A stretch of 64,000 bases of DNA, taken from NCBI GenBank assembly GCA_963674825.1, contig OY771587.1:448001-512000 (forward strand), written 5' to 3'. Below the pieces are notes generated by a model, which saw only the letters and a list, made by a program, of their open reading frames with translations, was not told where the DNA came from and searched no databases. Every line of letters starts with the position of its first letter. The stretch's first letter is position 1. Shown here piece after piece: positions 1 to 8,004 of this stretch. The position numbers and the translations under genes are program-made. This DNA is from Candidatus Cloacimonadales bacterium (lineage in GTDB: Bacteria > Cloacimonadota > Cloacimonadia > Cloacimonadales > JAIOQZ01).

Positions 1-562
1 TGCTCATCTCGTTTTCAGGAACTTCATCGCGACAGGTGACACCGGCTCTCGAGTGTGCGAGGCGGGTCGTTACCCTGAAGAGTACCGGAAGATGGAACTT
101 CTCGGAAAGCTCGAATCCATGTTTCGCCATGTCGTAGGCTTCCTGCTGGTTCGATGGTTCCAGTGACGGAATCATGGCGAATTTCGCGAAGAAGCGAGAA
201 TCCTGTTCATTCTGGGATGAGTGCATGGACGGGTCGTCCGCAACCGCGACAATCAGGCCACCGCTTGCGCCTGTGAGCGCTGAATTCATAAACGGATCGG
301 CCGCAACATTGAGACCCACGTGTTTCATGGTCACAATCGCGCGCTTGCCGGCATACGACATACCGATCGCGGCTTCCATTCCTGTTTTCTCGTTGGCGTG
401 CCATAGGCGCTTGACATCGCGCTGCTCTGCTTGCTTTGAAGCCTGGATATATTCGCCGATCTCCGTAGAGGGGGTTCCCGGGTATCCGTAGAAACCGGAA
501 AGGCCGGCATCCAATGCTCCCTGCGCGAAAGCCTCGTCGCCTAACAACATCATTTTCTGCAT
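1..562 (-). CDS. iorA: Indolepyruvate:ferredoxin oxidoreductase alpha subunit (N-terminal part; runs off window start)
   Basis: Not in the ORF track. Manual translation from ATG at 562 (RBS AAAGGAG) gives MQKMMLLGDEAFAQGALDAGLSGFYGYPGTPSTEI...MKHVGLNVAADPF...VADDPSMHSSQNEQDSR, which are IorA motifs. Confidence 0.9.
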   Translation of the reverse strand, partial: MQKMMLLGDEAFAQGALDAGLSGFYGYPGTPSTEIGEYIQASKQAEQRDVKRLWHANEKTGMEAAIGMSYAGKRAIVTMKHVGLNVAADPFMNSALTGASGGLIVAVADDPSMHSSQNEQDSRFFAKFAMIPSLEPSNQQEAYDMAKHGFELSEKFHLPVLFRVTTRLAHSRAGVTCRDEVPENEMS

Positions 563-670
563 TGGCAACTCCTTTGATATTTCTGTATGTATGTGTTTTG
601 ATTTACCTGAATGACAGGCTGCAATCCACTCATATCATGAGAGATACACCCCGAGTAAAGAATGTGGGCA

Positions 671-698
671 ATCATATTGGATGTCGAATATCTGTCAA
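671..698 (-). promoter_or_regulatory. Putative sigma70 promoter of iorA
   Basis: TTGACA-N16-TATGAT on the minus strand, about 110 bp upstream of the start codon. Confidence 0.5.
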
Positions 699-714
699 CC
701 GAATCTGCGTTTTT

Positions 715-1794
715 CTAACCCTTGCAGTGATTACAACGAAGAATCTTCACCAACTTCCGGATACTCAACGCCGTTATCCTGCGCAGAGCTGGATGATTTG
801 CAATGAACTGTGCCAGTTTCGGTCCCTTTCGATAATACCATGCGATAAATGCTCTTCCGGGAGCCGTTCTCACCAATATGTGGTCGCGAACGTCTCGCAA
901 GATGTCCAGATCGGGATGGTCGCAACTGCCATAAGCCACGGTCGCGACGAAACAGTCTTTGAGCAATTTCGGAATCCGCGATTCGAAGAGCGTGCGGGAC
1001 GGTATCTTGCCTTCGTTGTTCTTTATATTCTGATCAGCGCCATGCTGTTGCAGCATTTTGATGATAGGTTGTCTATTAAGGTAATAAGCCAGATGCAGCG
1101 CGGTATCGCCTTTGTTGTCCTGGACATTGGCATTCGCATCGCGCGAAAGCAGGTATTTCGCCATCGCTGCCTGATCACCGAATACGGCATCTTGAAGCGG
1201 TGTGCGGCCCGACTTGGTTTGGGCGTTTATATCGGAACCAGCCTCCAAAAGTTTCTTTCCAAGGCTGATATCACCAAATCTCGCCGCGACATGCAACGGT
1301 GTGGCATTTTCTTTATTGGCGATGGATACATCAGCGCCTTTGCTGATGAGCAGCGCGGCAATATCCTCCATATCGTGTTTGAGAGAGAGAAAAAGCGCAG
1401 TTTCATTCTGATCGTTCACACCGTTGAGATAAATCCCTGATTCAATCATCTCTTTCGCAATGCGTGTCAGGCCTGTATCGATGGCAAGCAGCAGCGCTGT
1501 GGAGTCGTCGGGATTCATGCTGTTTTTCGTATCGCTGATGCGCGACCACAGGTAGGTTGAAGTGCTGTCCAGGTGACTGGCCAGCGATTGCCGGAAGAGC
1601 TTGCGAATGATCCGGTCATCCGGTTGATAGCGCGAGAAGAGACGTTTTGCGATCGTGTCCGCCATCTCTTTGCGTTGTGTTGCGATCGCCTGCTCCATGG
1701 TTTCTACCCACGGAATGTCCTGTCCTGTATCCAGAATCTGGCAAAGTGTATGCATGTCTCCGGTGCGGATCGCTTCTTTCAGCCGATCGTTCAT
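715..1794 (-). CDS. Ankyrin-repeat protein with C-terminal CFI-box-CTERM-like domain
   Basis: Ankyrin motifs (TALLLA, TALFLS, TPLHVAA, TPLQDA, TALHLA). C-terminal CFVATVAYGS...LRDVRDHIL...GRAFIAWYYRKGPKLA. GGAGG RBS before ATG at 1794. Confidence 0.85.
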   Translation of the reverse strand: MNDRLKEAIRTGDMHTLCQILDTGQDIPWVETMEQAIATQRKEMADTIAKRLFSRYQPDDRIIRKLFRQSLASHLDSTSTYLWSRISDTKNSMNPDDSTALLLAIDTGLTRIAKEMIESGIYLNGVNDQNETALFLSLKHDMEDIAALLISKGADVSIANKENATPLHVAARFGDISLGKKLLEAGSDINAQTKSGRTPLQDAVFGDQAAMAKYLLSRDANANVQDNKGDTALHLAYYLNRQPIIKMLQQHGADQNIKNNEGKIPSRTLFESRIPKLLKDCFVATVAYGSCDHPDLDILRDVRDHILVRTAPGRAFIAWYYRKGPKLAQFIANHPALRRITALSIRKLVKILRCNHCKG

Positions 1795-2063
1795 GAAGCT
1801 CAACCTCCGTTGAATAATATACCGTGTGTGTTCAATGTGCTTTCCAATCTCAGCAAGTCAGGTGTGCGTGTTACCAAAAAGTGGTCAGCGCTGCGAAATC
1901 TGTCAAATGAAATTCGGAGTACGAGGCATTCAAGAATGTTATGCAACAATTCTTCTTCAACTCGTTTGATATGTCCGCATATATATATACACCATCGCGA
2001 CGATATTAATCTTGACAGCTTTTTTTCAACAGCCATTAAATTGAACAAGTCAAGGAGGAATTT

Positions 2064-2777
2064 CTGGATCAACTTAAATTTGAAATTTGGGATGTTTTTG
2101 CAAATATCCTATCATACTTTCTGACTGGAACGATGGTGTTTTTGAATGTACTATTATATCGACACTCCATTATTCAGAATCTCACTCAGTGGATTTTCAA
2201 CAATGATACTCCAGCACCAACACTCATGCTTTTCATCATGATTGTTCCCTATGTCATAGGATTACTTCTTGAACCTTTCTCAGCATTTCACTACAGACTG
2301 ATAAGGTATCTCTTTACCACATTTGCGCTCCACAGAATCCAAAAAAGCAACGAGACTGCGGAAGATCCGCATGATTTCCGTATCTATCCTTTTATATCCC
2401 AATTTCGGCTCATTAACATTCTAAAAAATGAGGTAAAGAATTTCGTTCCCCATAAAAATATGATCTCCATAGAATTCTGTGAATCATATCTACAACAAAA
2501 AGGCATTGGAACAAGATTTCTTAGAAAACGCAGTATGGTGCTAATATATAGAAATATTGCCTTAATAATATTTGCCAACACGTTCTTTATTTTTTGCACA
2601 GGACTACTTATCTGGGAAAAAATCCTTATTGGATTCATTCTCGTTTTACTTTCAGTTGGCTTTGAGTTGAGATGCATTTCGTTCTGGCTCCAGTACTATT
2701 CCGAAACATACACTCTGTTTTTTATTACTCAGTCTCAAACAGGCGCGATTAAACAAGTACTTGATAAGACAGATTAA
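2064..2777 (+). CDS. Hypothetical multi-pass membrane protein, AT-rich (probable CTG start at 2064; first ATG at 2133)
   Basis: Several hydrophobic segments. AGGAGG RBS precedes an in-frame CTG 23 codons upstream of the first ATG. Confidence 0.65.
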   Translation: MDQLKFEIWDVFANILSYFLTGTMVFLNVLLYRHSIIQNLTQWIFNNDTPAPTLMLFIMIVPYVIGLLLEPFSAFHYRLIRYLFTTFALHRIQKSNETAEDPHDFRIYPFISQFRLINILKNEVKNFVPHKNMISIEFCESYLQQKGIGTRFLRKRSMVLIYRNIALIIFANTFFIFCTGLLIWEKILIGFILVLLSVGFELRCISFWLQYYSETYTLFFITQSQTGAIKQVLDKTD

Positions 2778-2804
2778 AGCCTGCCCATTTCTGAGCAGGC
2801 TTTT
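2776..2804. terminator. Bidirectional intrinsic terminator
   Basis: AAAGCCTGC...GCAGGCTTTT inverted repeat between convergent genes. Confidence 0.75.
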
Positions 2805-2823
2805 CTAGAAAATAGTCAGGCTT

Positions 2824-3360
2824 TTACGCCTTGTATTCCATTCCTTTCTTGATAGCGGTTTCGTTGAGTTCGAGCAGATCCGGGCGTTTCTTACCCAGAG
2901 TAGCTTCAAGCTCAGCGATAACGGTTTCGTATTTCACCAGATCGATGTTCGCCAGCAGCGTTCCGATCGCGACCATATTCAGCACCTTCTGGTTACCGAT
3001 CTCGGTTGCGATCTTCGACATCGGGACATTCACGATTCTAACATCGTCTTTCTCGATACCGCGCGGACACATATCTTCGTTGGCGATGATCAGTCCACCG
3101 GGGCGCACGGAAGGTCCGAACTTGTCCAGCGACGGCTGATTGAGTGCCACAAGGACATCCATCTTGGTTACGAGGGGAGAAGCCACGGGCTCATCGGCAA
3201 TAACGACAGCCACGTTTGCAGTACCGCCACGCATTTCGGGCCCATAAGAAGGCAGCCAGGAGACGTTCTTGCCGTCTTTCATGCCTGCCAGCGCAAGGAA
3301 CTTACCGAATGTCAGAGCGCCTTGTCCACCGAATCCTGAGCAGATGATATCAGCTTTCAT
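2824..3360 (-). CDS. 2-oxoacid:ferredoxin oxidoreductase gamma subunit
   Basis: MKADIICSGFGGQG...SWLPSYGPEMRGGTAN. The start at 3360 overlaps the beta-subunit stop (ATGA). Confidence 0.92.
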   Translation of the reverse strand: MKADIICSGFGGQGALTFGKFLALAGMKDGKNVSWLPSYGPEMRGGTANVAVVIADEPVASPLVTKMDVLVALNQPSLDKFGPSVRPGGLIIANEDMCPRGIEKDDVRIVNVPMSKIATEIGNQKVLNMVAIGTLLANIDLVKYETVIAELEATLGKKRPDLLELNETAIKKGMEYKA

Positions 3361-4112
3361 TTGTCTTCTCCTTCTGCACCGCGATCGCGGAACAAGCCGA
3401 GCTTGAAGAACGGCAGCATGTTTTCTTTCGCCCACTGCAGCGAGTCAACCGGCGTTAAACCCCAGTTGGTCGGGCAGGTCGAGATGAATTCGATGAAGGT
3501 GAAACCGCGGTTTTCTTTATTATAGGTAAGCGCTTTCTTCACGGCTTTCTTTGCCTTCATGATATCCGGCGCGGAAAGCAGCGACACCCTTTCGATATAA
3601 TAAGGCGCGTTCAGAGAATTGAGAAGCTCGCTGACCTGAATCGGATAGCCGATATCTTTCGCGTCGCGTCCGTACGGAGAAGTACTGGTCTTCATTCCGG
3701 GCAGCGTGGTCGGAGCCATCTGGCCACCGGTCATGCCGTAAATCGCGTTGTTGACGAAGAATACGGAGATTTTCTCACCACGATTGGCAGCGTGGATAAT
3801 CTCGGCTGTACCGATCGCCGCGAGATCGCCATCACCCTGATAGGTGAATACATGCATGTCGGGTCTGGCTCGTTTCATACCGGTGGCAACCGCCGGAGCG
3901 CGTCCGTGAGCGGCTTCCGCCATATCGATATCGAAGAATTTATAAGCGAACACGGAGCAGCCGACCGGAGCGACACCCATCATCTGATTGCGAAGTCCCA
4001 GTTCATCGATGGATTCCGCGATAAGACGGTGCGCCACGCCGTGCGTACAGCCCGGGCAATAGGTGAAATTGAGCTTTGTCAGTGATTCGGGGCGTTTTGC
4101 TATAACCTCCAT
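3357..4112 (-). CDS. 2-oxoacid:ferredoxin oxidoreductase beta (TPP-binding) subunit
   Basis: YCPGCTHG, HGRAPAVATG, GDGDLAAIG...NNAIYGMTGGQ (TPP motif), CPTNW. Confidence 0.93.
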   Translation of the reverse strand: MEVIAKRPESLTKLNFTYCPGCTHGVAHRLIAESIDELGLRNQMMGVAPVGCSVFAYKFFDIDMAEAAHGRAPAVATGMKRARPDMHVFTYQGDGDLAAIGTAEIIHAANRGEKISVFFVNNAIYGMTGGQMAPTTLPGMKTSTSPYGRDAKDIGYPIQVSELLNSLNAPYYIERVSLLSAPDIMKAKKAVKKALTYNKENRGFTFIEFISTCPTNWGLTPVDSLQWAKENMLPFFKLGLFRDRGAEGEDK

Positions 4113-4121
4113 GTGTTCCTC

Positions 4122-5198
4122 CTACAAATTCTCTTCGATTTTAGCTTTGGCTTCTTCGGGTGTGAAGACGATTCCGCCGACCTTACCGAGGAATTCGACT
4201 TCCTTCTTACCGTTCACAGCCAGCTTTACGTCTTCGATCATCTGTCCCGAATTGTATTCGAACACGATCACTTTCTTGATTCCATCGTGCAGCGCGTCTT
4301 CGATCGCCTTGTACGGATAAGGCCATACGGTGATCGGACGGATCAGGCCGACATTCTTGCCTTCTGCCTTGAGCATATCGACAGCCGACTTCACGATACG
4401 GGAAGCGGTTCCGTATGCAACGCACAGAATCTCATTATCTTCGGAAAGATTGTATTCTTCCCAACGTTGTTCATTCTCTTTGATCTCATCGTAGACCCTC
4501 AGGAGGCCTTCGACGTGTTTTTCCAGCACTTCAGGATCGATCTCGAGCGAGTTGATCTCGTGGTGATGGTGATTGGGCTCGTCTTCGTTCGGACGCATCG
4601 CCCATGCTTCGTGCTGCTTGTTCAGCGCATCGATCTCTTGCTGGGTTTTCGGTTCCGCAAATTCCACCGGTTCCATCATCTGGCCAAGAAGACCATCCGA
4701 CAGGATCATCGACGGGGTTCTGTATTTATCGGCCAGGTCGAACGCGAGGCTTGCCATGTCGGCGAATTCCTGCACGGTGCTCGGTGCGAGAACGATGCAG
4801 TGGTAGTCGCCATGACCGCCACCCTTGGTAGCCTGGAAGTAGTCACCCTGTGCAGGCGCGATATCGCCTAGACCAGGTCCGCCACGTTGCACGTTGACGA
4901 TTACCGCGGGTAACTTTGCGCCAGCGATGTATGAGATACCTTCCATCTTCAGCGAGATTCCGGGTGAAGATGAAGAGGTCATGGCTCTTCTGCCGCATCC
5001 GGCAGCGCCATAAACCATGTTGATAGCGGCAACTTCACTTTCCGCCTGAAGAAATGTTCCGCCCACCTTGGGCATCATCTTCGCCATGTACTCGATCAAT
5101 TCGCTCTGCGGCGTGATCGGGTATGCGAAATAAAGACGACAGCCGGCACGAATGGCGGCTTCCGCTACGGCTTCGTTTCCTTTCATCAAAACCTTCAT
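4122..5198 (-). CDS. vorB: 2-oxoacid:ferredoxin oxidoreductase alpha subunit (VorB/3-methyl-2-oxobutanoate dehydrogenase-like)
   Basis: MKGNEAVAEAA...YPITPQSE...QAESEVAA...TSSSSPGISLK...GGGHGDY. Confidence 0.88.
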   Translation of the reverse strand: MKVLMKGNEAVAEAAIRAGCRLYFAYPITPQSELIEYMAKMMPKVGGTFLQAESEVAAINMVYGAAGCGRRAMTSSSSPGISLKMEGISYIAGAKLPAVIVNVQRGGPGLGDIAPAQGDYFQATKGGGHGDYHCIVLAPSTVQEFADMASLAFDLADKYRTPSMILSDGLLGQMMEPVEFAEPKTQQEIDALNKQHEAWAMRPNEDEPNHHHHEINSLEIDPEVLEKHVEGLLRVYDEIKENEQRWEEYNLSEDNEILCVAYGTASRIVKSAVDMLKAEGKNVGLIRPITVWPYPYKAIEDALHDGIKKVIVFEYNSGQMIEDVKLAVNGKKEVEFLGKVGGIVFTPEEAKAKIEENL

Positions 5199-5210
5199 GA
5201 GAGCCTCCGT

Positions 5211-5414
5211 TTATTTCTCAATTGTTATTGCGACATCAGGGCAGATCGTGTAGCAAAATCTGCAAGCGATACAGGAATCCGGATCGAAACACTCCGAATA
5301 GTGGTAACCCTTCTGGTTAATATTCTCGGAAAATCGCAGGATCTTTTTGGGACATGCATGAATACATAACCCGCAGCCCTTACAATAGTTCGGATCGATT
5401 GTAACTCGCGGCAT
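5211..5414 (-). CDS. 2[4Fe-4S] ferredoxin-type delta subunit
   Basis: Two CxxCxxCxxxCP motifs; first gene of the oxidoreductase operon. Confidence 0.92.
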   Translation of the reverse strand: MPRVTIDPNYCKGCGLCIHACPKKILRFSENINQKGYHYSECFDPDSCIACRFCYTICPDVAITIEK

Positions 5415-5771
5415 GACGTTCTCCTTTCTAAATGATCATGATTAGGACACCCCTACTTCTGGACGCGGATTTGTCAACTGGAAATAATTGTTTTCATGCT
5501 TTCAAGATGTGCAAAATCCATTGTCCTCTCGATTGGGCAAGACTTCCGTCAGTTTTCACAGATTCGCTCGCAAATGTCAAGCGGGAAATCAATGTACGAG
5601 TGCTAAAACGTTTACTGGAATTCGTGTGTCTGCCATACTGGTTAACCACATCTAAAAAAGATTGACAATCAATAGAAATTGGGGAAAAATAATTTTCGTG
5701 GAACAGAATATGCAATAAATAAGAGAGGCATTTTTACAAACCGTTCCGGCGTAAACAGAGAGGAGGAATTT

Positions 5772-7859
5772 ATGCGTTATGCACTGTTTACTGGTATGCT
5801 GGTACTACTGATGTGGGGTAACCTTTTTGCCAACGGCGTAACCATCATTGATGGTGAGGATGGCGAATGTTTCGAACTTCGCGAGAGCCACGTGGATGTG
5901 GTTGTCGATAACCAGATTGCGATCGTAACAACAACCCAGAGATTCCGAAACCAGTACGGCTGGACTTACGCGCCCAAATACGGCTTCCCGCTCCCAGAGG
6001 GAGCCAGCGCGACTCAACTCCGCTGGTTGTATGAAGGCGATTGGCACGAAGCGGTTATCGCACCGGTTGTGCAGGATTCAACGCCACCAGGTCCCGGCGA
6101 AGAATGGGCTGACAACCTTGTTAACTATCTGGGTGCAACGCCACTGTACTACAATCTGAATGAGTACCCGATTTTCGCCAATCAGGACATCACCATCGAG
6201 CTGACCTACGTGATGCTTCTGCCCTATGAATTCGGCGTTGTAACCTTCGGTTACCCAAATGATTACGACCTGATCCAGAGTTCCGCACTCGAATCGGCAT
6301 CGCTGCATTTCGAGCTGGATTCCGTTCGGCAGATTTCGAGCATCCAGGCCACAAGCCACAATCCCTCACTACTTACCAACGACGGGCATCATGCCGTTCT
6401 GGAGGTGACGGAAACCAATCAGCCAGCCGACACGGACTACCAGATCGAGTACTCGCTGAGTACAGATGAACTGGGGTTATTCGGCTTCAGCACCATGCTC
6501 GATTCGGTCCCGGATCTTCATGGAAACGGATTTTTCACCTTTATTGCCGAGCCCGATCCCAGCGAGAACGTGGTGATCAACAAGGTCTTTACGCTGATCG
6601 TCGATCGCTCCGGAAGTATGTCCGGCAATAAAATCGTTCAGGCTCGCAACGCCGCGAGCTATATCGTCAACCACCTGAACGAAGGCGATATGTTCAACAT
6701 CGTCTCTTTCTCCAGTTCGGTGTCGGAATTCCGGGACGAACATGTCATGTTCAATTCAACGAACCAGCAAAGCGCGTTATCATATATATCGGAATTGAAC
6801 GCCAACGGTAGTACGAACATCTCCGGCGCATTCAGCACCGCAGTTCCCGAGTTTGACGCCGCTTCCGACGACACAGCGAACATCATCATTTTCTTCACGG
6901 ATGGTGAGGCTACGGCCGGTATTACGAGTACTCCGCAGCTCGTTCAGCACGTTCACGATCTCGTAGCAGAAACCGAAACCAACATCTATCTCTTCAATTT
7001 CGGCATCGGTGATGACGCAAACGAACAGCTTCTGACCCTGCTCGCGCAGGATAACCAGGGCATGGCACAATTCCTCGAGGACAATGACCTCGAAGAGATG
7101 ATCACCGAATTTTATATGCTGATCCAGAACCCTGTATTGATCGACCCGGTCATCTCGTATTCTCCGACCGGGATCGTGGAAGAAACCTATCCCGATCCAG
7201 TCCCGAACCTATACCAGGGCCGCCAGTTGATCGTCAGCGGCCGGTACAACCAGTCAACAAACATCAACATCACCTTCAGCGGTATGGCTTACAATCAGGA
7301 GATGGTTTACGAATACGAAATGGGGCTGATCGATTACGCCGATCCGGATAAACAGTTCCTGCCGAAAATCTGGGCGAAAGAGAAGATCGAACACCTGATG
7401 ATCCTCTACTACACTTACGATGAAGACAGCATCGAGGCGGAAGAGATCAAGCAGCAGATCATCGATATCAGCATCGCCTACGGCGTGATGAGCCCATTCA
7501 CAAGCTTCCAGGACGATTATGGCATCGATAATGAGGGCGAAGAAGGCGAAGAGATGACTGATGACGCCCCGGCTGTCACTTTCAAGCTGCTGGGCAACTA
7601 TCCGAACCCGTTCAATCCCAGCACCGCGATCCGTTTCCAGATCAACACGAAGATTGACCAGATCGTAAAGGTGAAAATCTACAACGTGAAAGGACAGCTC
7701 GTTCGAGTTCTTGCGCTGCATGTCGATAATCCCGGCACCTACGAACTCATCTGGGATGGTCGCGACATGAAGAACAACCTGTGTGCCTCCGGTACCTATT
7801 TCTATATGATCGACTTCGGCGATGCGATTCTGTCATCCAAGATGTTGATGTTAAAGTAA
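5772..7859 (+). CDS. Secreted VIT + vWA domain protein with FlgD-Ig/T9SS-type C-terminal domain
   Basis: Signal peptide MRYALF...LFA; VIT region (FPLPEGAS); MIDAS motif DRSGSM...T...TDG; C-terminal GNYPNPFNP...WDGRD...KMLMLK; AGGAGG RBS before ATG at 5772. Confidence 0.85.
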   Translation: MRYALFTGMLVLLMWGNLFANGVTIIDGEDGECFELRESHVDVVVDNQIAIVTTTQRFRNQYGWTYAPKYGFPLPEGASATQLRWLYEGDWHEAVIAPVVQDSTPPGPGEEWADNLVNYLGATPLYYNLNEYPIFANQDITIELTYVMLLPYEFGVVTFGYPNDYDLIQSSALESASLHFELDSVRQISSIQATSHNPSLLTNDGHHAVLEVTETNQPADTDYQIEYSLSTDELGLFGFSTMLDSVPDLHGNGFFTFIAEPDPSENVVINKVFTLIVDRSGSMSGNKIVQARNAASYIVNHLNEGDMFNIVSFSSSVSEFRDEHVMFNSTNQQSALSYISELNANGSTNISGAFSTAVPEFDAASDDTANIIIFFTDGEATAGITSTPQLVQHVHDLVAETETNIYLFNFGIGDDANEQLLTLLAQDNQGMAQFLEDNDLEEMITEFYMLIQNPVLIDPVISYSPTGIVEETYPDPVPNLYQGRQLIVSGRYNQSTNINITFSGMAYNQEMVYEYEMGLIDYADPDKQFLPKIWAKEKIEHLMILYYTYDEDSIEAEEIKQQIIDISIAYGVMSPFTSFQDDYGIDNEGEEGEEMTDDAPAVTFKLLGNYPNPFNPSTAIRFQINTKIDQIVKVKIYNVKGQLVRVLALHVDNPGTYELIWDGRDMKNNLCASGTYFYMIDFGDAILSSKMLMLK

Positions 7860-7955
7860 CTTACCAAACGTTTCACATCCACATAAAATGCCCTTCTCCG
7901 CTATTCGCGGGGAGGGGCGCTCCTTTTTCAGGCAATGATTCCTGCACTCCAATAG

Positions 7956-7986
7956 AAAAGACCCGGCAACCGAAGCTACCGGGTCA
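7956..7986. terminator. Intrinsic terminator between convergent genes
   Basis: GACCCGG...CCGGGTC stem with a 5' A-run (T-run on the minus strand). A near-identical hairpin follows the next MCP gene. Confidence 0.65.
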
Positions 7987-8004
7987 TTATTTTTAGCGAT
8001 TTAA

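Noticed and set aside
514..1440. 308-aa plus-strand ORF and many similar long antisense ORFs (for example 4113-4871, 15649-16572, 19933-20826, 31259-32056)
   Set aside because: They are shadows of well-supported genes on the opposite strand and have no recognisable motifs.
4555..4575. His run (NHHHHE) in the oxidoreductase alpha subunit as a metal-binding insert
   Set aside because: Too short and in a variable loop; nothing else supports a function.
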